A stretch of DNA of 41,873 nucleotides, taken from Minisyncoccota bacterium (GTDB lineage Bacteria > Patescibacteriota > Minisyncoccia > Phycocordibacterales > UBA6065). Positions 1 through 8,500 of this stretch are shown here, piece after piece. The notes under the pieces were generated by a model. That model was given only the letters and a program-made list of their open reading frames with translations, did not search any database and was not told where the DNA came from. How positions within the stretch are numbered: position 1 is the stretch's first letter; the number at the start of each line of letters is the position of its first letter. The DNA lies in NCBI GenBank assembly GCA_035714745.1, contig DASTLR010000020.1:1-41873 (forward strand), read 5' to 3'. The position numbers and the translations under genes are program-made.

Positions 1-137
1 CGGGATTTTGGGACGGCACCCCTCCAACGGCGGAGAGGGGTGCGAGACGTGCTAAAATGAACTCCAACGCGCGGCTCGGCGGGTTTTCACGGCGACGAGT
101 GTCTTTGAAAGAAGGTTCGAGCCGCGTTAAAGACATG

Positions 138-219
138 CGCAGTAGTTAAACCAGTGTATCCACCAGACAGTAGCGACCACGGTTCGACGGCTTCCCCTCG
201 GGCTTTCCGGTCGGTCAGG
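138..219. repeat. Left arm of an 82-bp perfect inverted repeat (partner 1690..1771)
   Basis: Exact reverse complement of 1690..1771 (position i pairs with 1909-i). Identity stops at 137/1772 and 220/1689. Confidence 0.9.
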
Positions 220-254
220 TGGACGTGTGCGCAGAGCGCTTGACCTCACGTTCA

Positions 255-283
255 TTGCCGCCCCACGGCGGCTCGTGTATTAT
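255..283 (+). promoter_or_regulatory. Candidate sigma70-type promoter of the recombinase gene (leaderless arrangement)
   Basis: TTGCCG (255-260), 17-nt spacer, TATTAT (278-283), then 6 nt to the ATG at 290. Confidence 0.4.
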
Positions 284-289
284 CGCGCT

Positions 290-1957
290 ATGGGAAACGC
301 GACACGCTACTTCCTCTACGCGCGCAAATCATCAGAAGCGGAAGACCGACAGGTTCGCTCCATTGAGGCGCAACTCTCCGAGCTTCGGCAGATGGTCGAA
401 CGAGACCGCCTCATCGTCGTCCAAGAATTCAAAGAGGAGCAATCCGCGAAGACTCCGGGCCGTCCGATTTTCAACGAGATGCTCGCGCGAATCGAAGCCG
501 GCGAAGCCGACGGCATCTTGGCATGGCACGCTGACCGCCTTGCGAGGAACAGCCTCGACGGAGGCCGCGTCATCTTCCTTCTCGATACTGGCAAGCTCCG
601 CCGCCTCCAATTCTTCGGCGGCTACTGCGAGAACACACCGCAGGGAAAGATGATGCTCTCCGTCGAATTCGGCTTCTCGAAATACTACGTCGATTCGCTC
701 TCGGAGAACGTGAAGCGCGGCCACCGGAACAAAATCGCGCGCGGTGAATACCCAGGACTCGCACCGCTCGGCTACCAGAACGACCCGCGCCTGAAGCGCA
801 TCGTCGTTGACCGCGACCGCGCGCCAGTCGTCCGACGCGCTTTCGAGCTATACGCCACCGGGAGCGAAACCCTTGAGTCCATTGCGAAGCATTTCGCCGC
901 GCACTCAATCGTCACGCGGCGAACGAAAAAAGGCGAGGGCAAGCGGCCCCTTAACCGCAACAGCGTTTCAAAAATTCTCACGAACCCGCTCTACTACGGA
1001 CATTTTCGCTACAACGGGGAAATCCACGAGGGGAATCACGAGCCGCTCGTCACCAAGAAGCTGTTTGACGACGTGCACGCCGTTTTCGAGGAGCGGTTCC
1101 GCTATTCGATAGCGACCGTTGAGCGCCAGCCGAAGCCCCTCACGCGCCTTTTCCGCTGTGGCGAATGCGGCTGCTCCATCACCGCCGAAGTTCAGAAAGG
1201 CCACACCTACTATCGTTGCAGCAAAAAGCGCAAAGACCGCCATTGCTTCCAACCCTTTGTCCGCGAGGAAGCCCTCGACGTGCAACTCTCGGAGATGCTC
1301 GCGCAATACGCTCCCGGCAATCAGTGGGCGGACGAGATGCTTGCGATGCTTGAGACTGAGACCATCGGTGCGGCGAATGCCTCAGCGGTTCTCCTAGTCG
1401 AACACCGGGCAAGCGCCGAACGCCTCAATGCCCGCTTGCAGCGGCTCAAAGAGGGCTATCTCGACGCACTCATCGAAGGCGACGATTTCCGAAACGAGAA
1501 AGCTGCCATCCTGAGCGAACGGAAGACCCTCACTGAAAAAATCGACGCGCTCACCAACGACAACAACAGGTGGCTCGAACCATTCCGAGAATGGATTTCC
1601 GACGCTCAACGAGTGGGCGCAGTCGCCGAGCACGGTTCACCCGAAGAGAAACGAGCACTCGCCAAAAAAGTCTTCGGCTCGAACCTGTTCCTGACCGACC
1701 GGAAAGCCCGAGGGGAAGCCGTCGAACCGTGGTCGCTACTGTCTGGTGGATACACTGGTTTAACTACTGCGGAGAGGGGGAGATTCGAACTCCCGAGAAG
1801 CTTTCGCCCCTGCCAGTTTTCGAAACTGGTGCATTCGACCACTCTGCCACCTCTCCAGGGGTTGCCGGTCTATAGCGCTCCAATACTAGCACTTTTTGCA
1901 GAAATGGCAAAAACTAGGCGGCGCTGGCCGTCGATCCGGGTGCCCTTCTGTCGCTGA
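290..1957 (+). CDS. Large serine recombinase (resolvase N-domain, recombinase domain, zinc ribbon, coiled coil)
   Basis: N-terminal YFLYARKSSEAEDRQVRSIEAQ...ADGILAWHADRLARN resolvase-type catalytic region. Zinc ribbon CGECGCSITAE..YYRC. ATG 290 is preferred over the track start at 227. The 3' end is uncertain because the frame runs through the right repeat arm and antisense over tRNA-Ser. Confidence 0.85.
   Translation: MGNATRYFLYARKSSEAEDRQVRSIEAQLSELRQMVERDRLIVVQEFKEEQSAKTPGRPIFNEMLARIEAGEADGILAWHADRLARNSLDGGRVIFLLDTGKLRRLQFFGGYCENTPQGKMMLSVEFGFSKYYVDSLSENVKRGHRNKIARGEYPGLAPLGYQNDPRLKRIVVDRDRAPVVRRAFELYATGSETLESIAKHFAAHSIVTRRTKKGEGKRPLNRNSVSKILTNPLYYGHFRYNGEIHEGNHEPLVTKKLFDDVHAVFEERFRYSIATVERQPKPLTRLFRCGECGCSITAEVQKGHTYYRCSKKRKDRHCFQPFVREEALDVQLSEMLAQYAPGNQWADEMLAMLETETIGAANASAVLLVEHRASAERLNARLQRLKEGYLDALIEGDDFRNEKAAILSERKTLTEKIDALTNDNNRWLEPFREWISDAQRVGAVAEHGSPEEKRALAKKVFGSNLFLTDRKARGEAVEPWSLLSGGYTGLTTAERGRFELPRSFRPCQFSKLVHSTTLPPLQGLPVYSAPILALFAEMAKTRRRWPSIRVPFCR
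1690..1771. repeat. Right arm of the 82-bp perfect inverted repeat (partner 138..219)
   Basis: Reverse complement of 138..219. Lies inside the recombinase 3' coding region and overlaps the last 2 nt of tRNA-Ser. Confidence 0.9.
1770..1856 (-). tRNA. tRNA-Ser (anticodon CGA)
   Basis: Minus-strand cloverleaf. Acceptor GGAGAGG/CCTCTCC with discriminator G, anticodon loop TTCGAAA, long variable arm, T arm GGGAG-TTCGAAT-CTCCC. No encoded CCA. Confidence 0.9.
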
Positions 1958-2762
1958 CGAATAATGCGAGGATGAGGACGAAGGCGAGCAGGCTGATCCA
2001 CGAGCTGAAGCCCAGGAACATCTTGATCAGGCCGAGGAGGGCGACGATGGTGTAAGCGTAGAGCGAGAGAGCATAGAGCCGCGAGAACGGCAGCTGGTGG
2101 CCCTTGATGCGCGTGACCGCCAGAGCGACGAGCACGCCCAAAAGGGAGAGGAAGAGTGCTCCGACGTAGGAGAGGGCGCTGAGGATTATCCAGACGAAGA
2201 CGGTGAGGACGACCACTCCCAGGGCAGAGAAGCTATCGACGAAGCCGGCAAAACGGGCATAGTACGAGTCGACTTTTTCTTTGGTCAGGACGGTGTCGGG
2301 CAGGCTGCCGAACGTCTGGAGCTGTACGCCGCCGCGACCGTTTTTCGCCATATACCCTGCGCTACCGACGAGCACGTCCGTATCGTACGACTGGTATGTC
2401 TCGAGGCTGAGGCTCTTCTCCGTGTCGATGACCACGGCGTTCCTATGCGCGGGCTTGTTGTCGCCTTTCTTTGCCTCTGATGGCAGGATGAACGGGCTCG
2501 GCTTGTTCATGGAGAGGACGCCCTTTGAAAGGGTCAGGGTCAGGTCGGCGGGGAATTTCTGTATCGACTGCGCCGCCAGGTCTTTGAGCGCGCCGACCGC
2601 GGGCGCGAAGGCGATGCCAAAGGCCACGGCCTTCACGAGGGCGATGGCTGCTACAAGGATGGCGATATAGCCGAAGGCCCTGCCGAGGGAGTTATTCTCG
2701 GGGCTCTGGTAGAGCGGGCTCTTCGACAGGCTGCCTTTTAATTGAGCGAAAAATGATTTCAT
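1914..2762 (-). CDS. Polytopic membrane protein, DUF1189-like
   Basis: Start moved to the internal ATG (MKSFFAQLKGSLSKSPLY...). N-terminal TM helix, soluble middle region, four C-terminal TM helices. The layout resembles DUF1189 (from memory). Confidence 0.5.
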   Translation of the reverse strand: MKSFFAQLKGSLSKSPLYQSPENNSLGRAFGYIAILVAAIALVKAVAFGIAFAPAVGALKDLAAQSIQKFPADLTLTLSKGVLSMNKPSPFILPSEAKKGDNKPAHRNAVVIDTEKSLSLETYQSYDTDVLVGSAGYMAKNGRGGVQLQTFGSLPDTVLTKEKVDSYYARFAGFVDSFSALGVVVLTVFVWIILSALSYVGALFLSLLGVLVALAVTRIKGHQLPFSRLYALSLYAYTIVALLGLIKMFLGFSSWISLLAFVLILALFVSDRRAPGSTASAA

Positions 2763-2875
2763 GCGCGCGAGGTTAGGAGTAATGGCTTCACCATAGCACG
2801 GGCACGCTGCCGAATCTAGATTTATGGGGGAAAAGCTGGTATTATGCACACCGTCTTGGAGCGCATGCTCCCCTT

Positions 2876-2947
2876 GGCCCTATCGTCTAATGGTCAGGAC
2901 ACGGCCTTTTCAAGGCTGTAATCAGGGTTCGATTCCCTGTAGGGTCA
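2876..2947 (+). tRNA. tRNA-Glu (anticodon UUC)
   Basis: Acceptor GGCCCTA/TAGGGTC, D region TCGTCTAATGGTCAGGAC typical of tRNA-Glu, anticodon loop TTTTCAA, T arm CAGGG-TTCGATT-CCCTG. Confidence 0.9.
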
Positions 2948-2948
2948 C

Positions 2949-4025
2949 ATGAGGCAATGGATGCTCGTCATTATGGCGGCGGTCGCGCTTATGTTCACGG
3001 CTTTTTTCGCGCCGCGGCTGGTCGTGCGCGACGCTACGTTTCAGGGGCCCTTCGCGCAGGGCCAGCTGGCCGGCGTAGGCGCTGCCTCGCCCGCGGCTGA
3101 CGCGCAGGGGAACGCCCTGTATACGGGCACGATCCATCACATCTTCTTCCATAGCCTGATCGTATATCCCGAAAAGGCTTTTGACCCTGCGAATAAGAAG
3201 CGCGACCTCTACCGGGACTACATGATCACCCGCGACCAGTTCCAAAAGATATTGCCGCAGCTCTATGCCAAGGGCTACATGCTGGTCGACGTCCATGATA
3301 TCTATTCGGTCGGCGCCGACGGCCAGGTGAGCAGGAAGAATCTCTATCTGCCGCTCGGCAAGAAGCCATTGATCCTCTCGATCGACGATGTCTCGTATTA
3401 TCAGGACCAATACGGCGGCGGCCTGGCGCGCAGGCTCGTCTTGGAAAAGTCAGGCAAGGTCGCTACGGAGATCGCCGCGCCGGACGGCACGGTCTCGGTC
3501 ACTCGGGACGGCGACATCGTGCCTATCCTGGACGATTTCGTGCAGGGCCATCCGGATTTCTCCCTGAATGGCGCCAAGGGCATCCTTGCCCTGACCGGCT
3601 ACGACGGCATCCTGGGATATCGCGTCGGAGATACCGAATCGGCGAGGCCGGTGGTAGACAGGCTCAAGGCCGCTGGCTGGAGCTTTGCCAGCCACAGCTA
3701 TACGCATGGCCACGGCTTTCTCGATGGTACGATATCTCTGGCAGACCTCAAGGCCGATACGGAGCAGTGGAAGAGGGAAGTGATGCCGGTCCTCGGCGAT
3801 ACCGACGTCTTTGTCGGGCCTTTCGGCCAGATCTTCAGGCCGGGAGACCCGCGCCGCGCCTATCTGGTCTCGCAAGGCTTCAAGATGCTCTGCGGCGTCG
3901 GCATGGACGACTATCTGGCATATTTCAAAGGCTATGTCGTTCAGGACCGCGCGGATATCGACGGCTATCGCATCGCCCATGACCCGCAGATGCTGAGGCA
4001 ATACTTCGGCGCTGCCGCGCTTTAG
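2949..4025 (+). CDS. Polysaccharide deacetylase family protein (NodB-like), membrane anchored
   Basis: N-terminal TM helix. LILSIDDVSYY and SFASHSYTHGHG motifs resemble NodB-type deacetylases. The start is uncertain (ATG 2949 lies 1 nt after the tRNA; alternative ATG at 2961). Confidence 0.65.
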   Translation: MRQWMLVIMAAVALMFTAFFAPRLVVRDATFQGPFAQGQLAGVGAASPAADAQGNALYTGTIHHIFFHSLIVYPEKAFDPANKKRDLYRDYMITRDQFQKILPQLYAKGYMLVDVHDIYSVGADGQVSRKNLYLPLGKKPLILSIDDVSYYQDQYGGGLARRLVLEKSGKVATEIAAPDGTVSVTRDGDIVPILDDFVQGHPDFSLNGAKGILALTGYDGILGYRVGDTESARPVVDRLKAAGWSFASHSYTHGHGFLDGTISLADLKADTEQWKREVMPVLGDTDVFVGPFGQIFRPGDPRRAYLVSQGFKMLCGVGMDDYLAYFKGYVVQDRADIDGYRIAHDPQMLRQYFGAAAL

Positions 4026-4047
4026 CCGGGGGATAAAAAAGCCCTCC

Positions 4048-4494
4048 TTACGAGGGCAGCGCCGCGGCGGCGGGGATGAAGACGGCTCCCTTGAGCGCCG
4101 CGGTTTCGGAGAGGGCCCGGAGGTAGACCGGCTCGGAGGCGTCGAGCAGGACCTTCCTGACGCGCTCGGGCGAGAAGTGCGGCTCGATGACCACGACCTG
4201 GATCTTGACGCTGCGCCGACCCTGGGCCTGCTCGTCTCGAAAGGCATCGGCCTTTGCCGTGCAGCTCTTGATCTGGATCCAGACGGGGCACGCGTCGGTG
4301 TAGAGGATGACGTCGATGCCTCTGCGGTTGTCGGGGCCATTGGCGTCTGTATTCTGTATGCCCATGAACCAGGGCGGGATATCGGCGAACGGCCCGTCAA
4401 AGGCTGCTACGGCGCACAGCTCGTTGGCGGTGCCCTTATCGTGCTCTCTGCGGATCTGGGCGAAGGCCCTCAGGACATATCGGAACGGATTCAT
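4048..4494 (-). CDS. Hypothetical protein (possible PD-(D/E)xK-like core)
   Basis: Protein-like composition. GIDVILY...VWIQIKS resembles a D...(D/E)xK motif. No family recognised with confidence. Confidence 0.4.
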   Translation of the reverse strand: MNPFRYVLRAFAQIRREHDKGTANELCAVAAFDGPFADIPPWFMGIQNTDANGPDNRRGIDVILYTDACPVWIQIKSCTAKADAFRDEQAQGRRSVKIQVVVIEPHFSPERVRKVLLDASEPVYLRALSETAALKGAVFIPAAAALPS

Positions 4495-4552
4495 GGAAAG
4501 ATTCTGTCGCTAAGTATATCGTATTTCCCCTAGGACGGTAGGAGGGTATACT

Positions 4553-5410
4553 GTGCCCATGCGTGCCCTTCTTTCGGTCACAGTCTTTCTTTTCTTCGTC
4601 TCGTGTCTTTCCGCTCCTTCTCTCCTTTTGGCTTCTTCCATCTCCGTCCTGCCCGCGCATCCTATCCAGGGCGAGCCGATCATGGTAACCGTCGACGCGA
4701 CCTCTACGGTGAGCTCGATCTCCTTCGAATCAAAAAAGCTCGGCGTCTTTGCCTATCGCGGCAGATCTTCCGCGCTCTACGGCTTTGATCTGAACAAAAA
4801 GCCGGGAACGTATACGGTCTCTGCCCGGCTTGCCGACGGTTCGACGCTCTCGAAAAAGATCGAAGTAGGGGAGCGGGCCAAGGAACAGGTCGCCTTCACC
4901 ATCCCTGCCAAGCTCGGCGGCGATACCCCCGCTAGCCAGGCGACCTTGGCTACGACGCTCTCGGATGAGAATGCGGGACTCTTGGGCCTGCGGACAGGCA
5001 CGCACGCCTTTTGGAGCTCGGCCTTTATCTATCCCACGGCCAGGCCGTATGTCACCGACGCATACGGCTACTCGCGCGCCACGGGCGCTACCACGGTCAC
5101 GCACAAGGGCGCCGACCTCCGCGCGCCGTTAGGCACTCCGGTCATGGCCATCAACCGCGGCGTGGTCCGACTGGTCAGGGAGACCAGGAACTATGGCAAG
5201 ACCGTCGTCGTCGACCACGGCCTGGGCCTGATGTCTTTTTATATGCATCTTTCCAAGATATCGGTGAACGAGGGCGAGCTCGTGCAAAAGGGCCAGGCCA
5301 TCGCCCTCTCGGGCCAGACCGGCTATGCCGAGCAGCCCCACCTCCACCTGACCGTCCGCCTGAACGACGTTTCCATCGACCCGGTTGTGTTCCTGTCCCT
5401 CTTCCGCTAG
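4553..5410 (+). CDS. M23 family metallopeptidase (LytM-like), secreted
   Basis: Signal/TM segment. HKGADLRAPLGTPV, DHGLGLMSFYMHLS and QPHLHLTV motifs. AGGAGG lies 7 nt before GTG 4553. The alternative start ATG 4559 is preceded by TATACT. Confidence 0.85.
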   Translation: MPMRALLSVTVFLFFVSCLSAPSLLLASSISVLPAHPIQGEPIMVTVDATSTVSSISFESKKLGVFAYRGRSSALYGFDLNKKPGTYTVSARLADGSTLSKKIEVGERAKEQVAFTIPAKLGGDTPASQATLATTLSDENAGLLGLRTGTHAFWSSAFIYPTARPYVTDAYGYSRATGATTVTHKGADLRAPLGTPVMAINRGVVRLVRETRNYGKTVVVDHGLGLMSFYMHLSKISVNEGELVQKGQAIALSGQTGYAEQPHLHLTVRLNDVSIDPVVFLSLFR

Positions 5411-5421
5411 GATGGCGGGGA

Positions 5422-5958
5422 ATGCACCCCATACACTTCCGGCATTGGACCGCTGCCGACATGGCCGTATTGGCCCAGCTCGCGGGATCTCCGCATACGA
5501 CGTTCGAAGACCTCGGGGCGCTTGCCCTGGCCATCGTCAGACGGCACGGCGGGCCGCTTCACATGGTCTCGGGACCCATCACTACCGGAGGATTCGGCTC
5601 GATTCCCGATAATTTGAGAGTCTTCTGCGGTGTGATCGAGCACTTGGCCGACGAAGGCTTCGATATGTTCAGTCAACGGCCCTTCGAGATCGCCCTGCGG
5701 CGGCTCTTCGACGAATGGACGCTCAGGAATCCTCCGGACGAATACTGTCACGCCCTCCTGGAAGGCTTCTATCGGCCCATCTATGAGAGCGGCTGCATCG
5801 GCGCTATGCACTTCATGCATGGCTACGAGACTTCGAAAGGGGCGCTCTGGGAATTCGAAGGCTGTCCCGGTTGGCGTATCGAGCGGCGCGTGCTGTCGCA
5901 GGAAGTTTCCCTCGCAGTCCATGCCAGGCTCGGCGGCGTGGTGATGAGTGGGCGCTGA
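5422..5958 (+). CDS. Hypothetical protein, DUF4406 / nucleoside deoxyribosyltransferase-like
   Basis: Only the part of ORF 5011..5958 downstream of ATG 5422 avoids overlap with the M23 gene. VSGPITTGG....N..F pattern resembles DUF4406 (from memory). Confidence 0.4.
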   Translation: MHPIHFRHWTAADMAVLAQLAGSPHTTFEDLGALALAIVRRHGGPLHMVSGPITTGGFGSIPDNLRVFCGVIEHLADEGFDMFSQRPFEIALRRLFDEWTLRNPPDEYCHALLEGFYRPIYESGCIGAMHFMHGYETSKGALWEFEGCPGWRIERRVLSQEVSLAVHARLGGVVMSGR

Positions 5959-5990
5959 CGATGCCCTCCAGAGCCGTTAAATAGGTTTGC

Positions 5991-6027
5991 AGCGGCGTTT
6001 TTGACAAGTCAAAACGCCGCTTTTTTA
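5991..6027 (+). terminator. Rho-independent terminator
   Basis: AGCGGCGTTTT(T)GA / TCAAAACGCCGCT stem of about 13 bp followed by TTTTTT. Confidence 0.75.
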
Positions 6028-6123
6028 TTGCCGGCGAGCGGGACCGTTCTGCCGAAACACGCTGGTAAGCGAAAACGTACATGATATGCAGGTCGATTAT
6101 CAGCACTCCTAAGCATTACCGAT

Positions 6124-7047
6124 ATGAACACTGCACATAATAAAGCATCGAACGGCCTGGGGATACTCCTCGCGGCCATAGTAGTCATATTGGCGGCGAT
6201 CTCCTTTACGACCGACTCGCACGCCCAGACGGGATCTATTAACGGAACGGTGACGGGCACTACCACTGACCCTGAGTCCGGCATATCGGGCGTCACAGTT
6301 AGCGGCGGCGCTGACGGCACGGCTCACATCCAATGGAAAACAGAACATCCTTCGACTTCATGGGTATCGTACGGTATATTAGGCGCGCCGTATACGAGCG
6401 TAACGCCCGTCGACGTCACGCTGACTACGGATCACGCGGTCACAATCACTGGATTGACGACCGACACGGCGTATCACTACTCGGTATCGTCGAGAAGCGC
6501 CTCTGGAGACACCGTCTCATCCCTCGACCGAGCCTTTGTGATAGTCGCGGTAACGAATTCAGGAAACGCGACAAGTACGGATACGGGAACGAGTACGGCG
6601 AATAGCGACCAGGCTCTGACGGACAGGATCGCGAGCCTGGAAGCCGAGGTAAGCTCGCTTCGTAGCCAGCTCTCGAACCTATGGCTCCAATTCCAGGCCT
6701 TCATAGCCTCGGTAGGAGCAGGGGGATCGAATAGCGGCGGCAGCGGCTCGGGCAATAACGGCACGAGCACCGGCTCGACCTCCGCTTCGGGCGCATACGT
6801 GACGGCGAACAGCTCGTCCGTGCGCCTGGGGACATCGGTAGACTTCATGGGCCACGGCTTTTGGGCAGACGAGCCGGTGACGGTCATGAGCAACGGCTCG
6901 ACGGTAGCCACCGCGCACGCGGACAGCATGGGCAATTTCAGCACCGGTTCCATGCCTATCCAGTCGACGCAGGGCAGCCAGGCATTCTCCTTTAGGGGGT
7001 CCTGGAGCGGCCTGACCGCTACGGGCATGGTCAATGTCACGCAGTAG
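6124..7047 (+). CDS. Secreted surface protein (Fn3-like domain, coiled coil, Gly/Ser linker, C-terminal beta domain)
   Basis: N-terminal TM/signal. HIQWKTEHPSTSWVSYG...ITGLTTDTAYHYSV is Fn3/PAP-N-like. LEAEVSSLRSQLSNL forms a coiled coil. GGSNSGGSGSGNNG linker. Confidence 0.6.
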   Translation: MNTAHNKASNGLGILLAAIVVILAAISFTTDSHAQTGSINGTVTGTTTDPESGISGVTVSGGADGTAHIQWKTEHPSTSWVSYGILGAPYTSVTPVDVTLTTDHAVTITGLTTDTAYHYSVSSRSASGDTVSSLDRAFVIVAVTNSGNATSTDTGTSTANSDQALTDRIASLEAEVSSLRSQLSNLWLQFQAFIASVGAGGSNSGGSGSGNNGTSTGSTSASGAYVTANSSSVRLGTSVDFMGHGFWADEPVTVMSNGSTVATAHADSMGNFSTGSMPIQSTQGSQAFSFRGSWSGLTATGMVNVTQ

Positions 7048-7084
7048 CAGTCGGTCATGCTTGGATAGATACACTTGAATAGAC

Positions 7085-7116
7085 AAAAAAGCGGGAGCCC
7101 AAGCTGCCGCTTTTTT
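7085..7116. terminator. Bidirectional terminator between convergent genes
   Basis: AAAAAA-GCGGGAGC-CCAA-GCTGCCGC-TTTTTT. Confidence 0.6.
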
Positions 7117-7137
7117 GCTGCGCGCGCTACAGCCGCA

Positions 7138-7542
7138 CTATTCGAACCTTTCTCGCCGAGAGTCCGCGAACACCATGGCCGCCAGGGCGATGATGAGGAC
7201 GTTCTTGATGATGTACTGGCCCTCGAGGGTCGGCACCATGAAGCTCTTCCAGGTCATGCCGGCGAGGAGGACCAGCGGCAGGGTGGTCATGACCAGGTGG
7301 GGAATCAGGAGAGCGATGGCCAGCTTTTCCCGGCGGGGGAGGATGAAGAGCAGGCCGATGAGCGCCTCGTAGCCTCCCAGGATCAGGTTGAAGGTATGAA
7401 AGGTCGCCGACGGCAGGATCTGGGCCAGGAGCGCCGCCACCATCGGGTTGGCAGGGGAGTAGCCGCAAAGCTTGAGCGCCCCGAACCAGACAAAGAGGAT
7501 GAAGAGGGCGATGTGGGCGAATATGAATGCCTTGTTGCGCAT
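7138..7542 (-). CDS. Small polytopic membrane protein (DoxX/DUF417-like)
   Basis: Start moved to the internal ATG (MRNKAFIFAHIALFILFVWFGALK...). Four hydrophobic helices. The Pro/Ser/Thr-rich upstream extension in the track looks non-coding. Confidence 0.5.
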   Translation of the reverse strand: MRNKAFIFAHIALFILFVWFGALKLCGYSPANPMVAALLAQILPSATFHTFNLILGGYEALIGLLFILPRREKLAIALLIPHLVMTTLPLVLLAGMTWKSFMVPTLEGQYIIKNVLIIALAAMVFADSRRERFE

Positions 7543-7549
7543 AGGTGGG

Positions 7550-8470
7550 CTATTTGGCGTGCAGGTAGACGTAAATGTCCTCCAGGGCCTTGATGGCGTC
7601 GCCCGCGGCGATGTTGTTCTGGTGGTAGAGCCCGTCGGTGCAGTCGCCTTCGGCCCAGACGCCGGGGGTCGAGGTAGCCTGGGTCTTTGGGTCGACGACG
7701 ATGCGGCCAAAGGCGTCGACGGTCGCCACGTCCTTGGCAAAGGCCGTGGCCGGGATGGAGCCGATCTCGACGAAGATGCCGGTCACGCTCAGGTCTTTGA
7801 CCTCGCCGCTGTCTTTATCTTTGTATGAGAGGCTGCTCGCGAACTTGCCGCCTTTGACCTCGACAGGAACGGCGCCGAGGAGGGCGTGCATCTTTGGGTT
7901 CGAGAGGACTTTCTTGACCGTCACCGGGTCGGCCTTGAATTCGTCGCTGCGATTGAGAAGGGTGACTGATTTGCAGTAGGCCAAGAGCTGGGCGGCAGAC
8001 TCAAAGGCCGCGTTGCCTCCGCCGATGACCGCCACGTCCTGGCCGGCGAAGACCGGTCCGTCGCACGAGGCGCAGTAGGTGATGCCCTTGTGCTCGTACT
8101 GGGCCGCGCCGGGGATGTCGAGCTTGCGGCGCGAGCTGCCGGTGGCGATGAGAACAGTCTTGGCCTTGTATTCCGCGCCTTCGGTCTTGATAGAAAAGCC
8201 TCCTTCGACCTGCTTAACTGCCGTGCAGTATTCGCCGGTCTTGATGTCGACGACGTCGGCGGCATAGGCGCGCAGATGGGCCTCCAATGCCTTGGCGAAG
8301 TCGATGCCCGGGATCTTGACCGTGCCGATCCAGTTCTCGATGCCGTCCGAGACCGTCGATTGGCTGTTCCAGTCCTTGGTGATGAAGACGGTCTTGAGGC
8401 GCTTTCGCGAAGCGTACACTCCCGCCGCCACTCCCGCAGGTCCGCCGCCGATGATCGCAAGGTCGTACAT
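7550..8470 (-). CDS. trxB: Thioredoxin-disulfide reductase
   Basis: DLAIIGGGPAGVAAGVYA FAD motif, redox CASCDG, second GGGNAAFE NAD(P)H motif, length about 306 aa. Confidence 0.85.
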   Translation of the reverse strand: MYDLAIIGGGPAGVAAGVYASRKRLKTVFITKDWNSQSTVSDGIENWIGTVKIPGIDFAKALEAHLRAYAADVVDIKTGEYCTAVKQVEGGFSIKTEGAEYKAKTVLIATGSSRRKLDIPGAAQYEHKGITYCASCDGPVFAGQDVAVIGGGNAAFESAAQLLAYCKSVTLLNRSDEFKADPVTVKKVLSNPKMHALLGAVPVEVKGGKFASSLSYKDKDSGEVKDLSVTGIFVEIGSIPATAFAKDVATVDAFGRIVVDPKTQATSTPGVWAEGDCTDGLYHQNNIAAGDAIKALEDIYVYLHAK

Positions 8471-8477
8471 AGGAATT

Positions 8478-8500
8478 TAGAAGTTAGAATTTGGAATCTA
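8478..8500. repeat. 23-bp inverted-repeat arm (TAGAAGTTAGAATTTGGAATCTA), heptad-motif copy a
   Basis: Perfect reverse complement of 8796..8818. The extended AT-rich motif spans 8471..8505 and ends at the trxB ATG. Confidence 0.9.

Noticed and set aside
1-137. Possible structured RNA gene (tmRNA, RNase P, or a second tRNA-Ser) at the left edge, suggested by the hairpin GCACCCCTC...GAGGGGTGC.
   Set aside because: I could not find any conserved tmRNA, RNase P or tRNA motif. The segment is better explained as the alternative 3' tail region of the recombinase plus flanking DNA. The window edge prevents further assessment.
3450-4400. 316-aa minus-strand ORF overlapping the deacetylase gene and the 4048..4494 gene.
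   Set aside because: Pro/Ser/Arg-rich low-complexity sequence. It overlaps two better-supported frames.
5011-5421. N-terminal 137 codons of ORF 5011..5958.
   Set aside because: Out-of-frame overlap with the conserved catalytic part of the M23 peptidase, and Arg/Pro/Gly-rich. Only the part from ATG 5422 looks coding.
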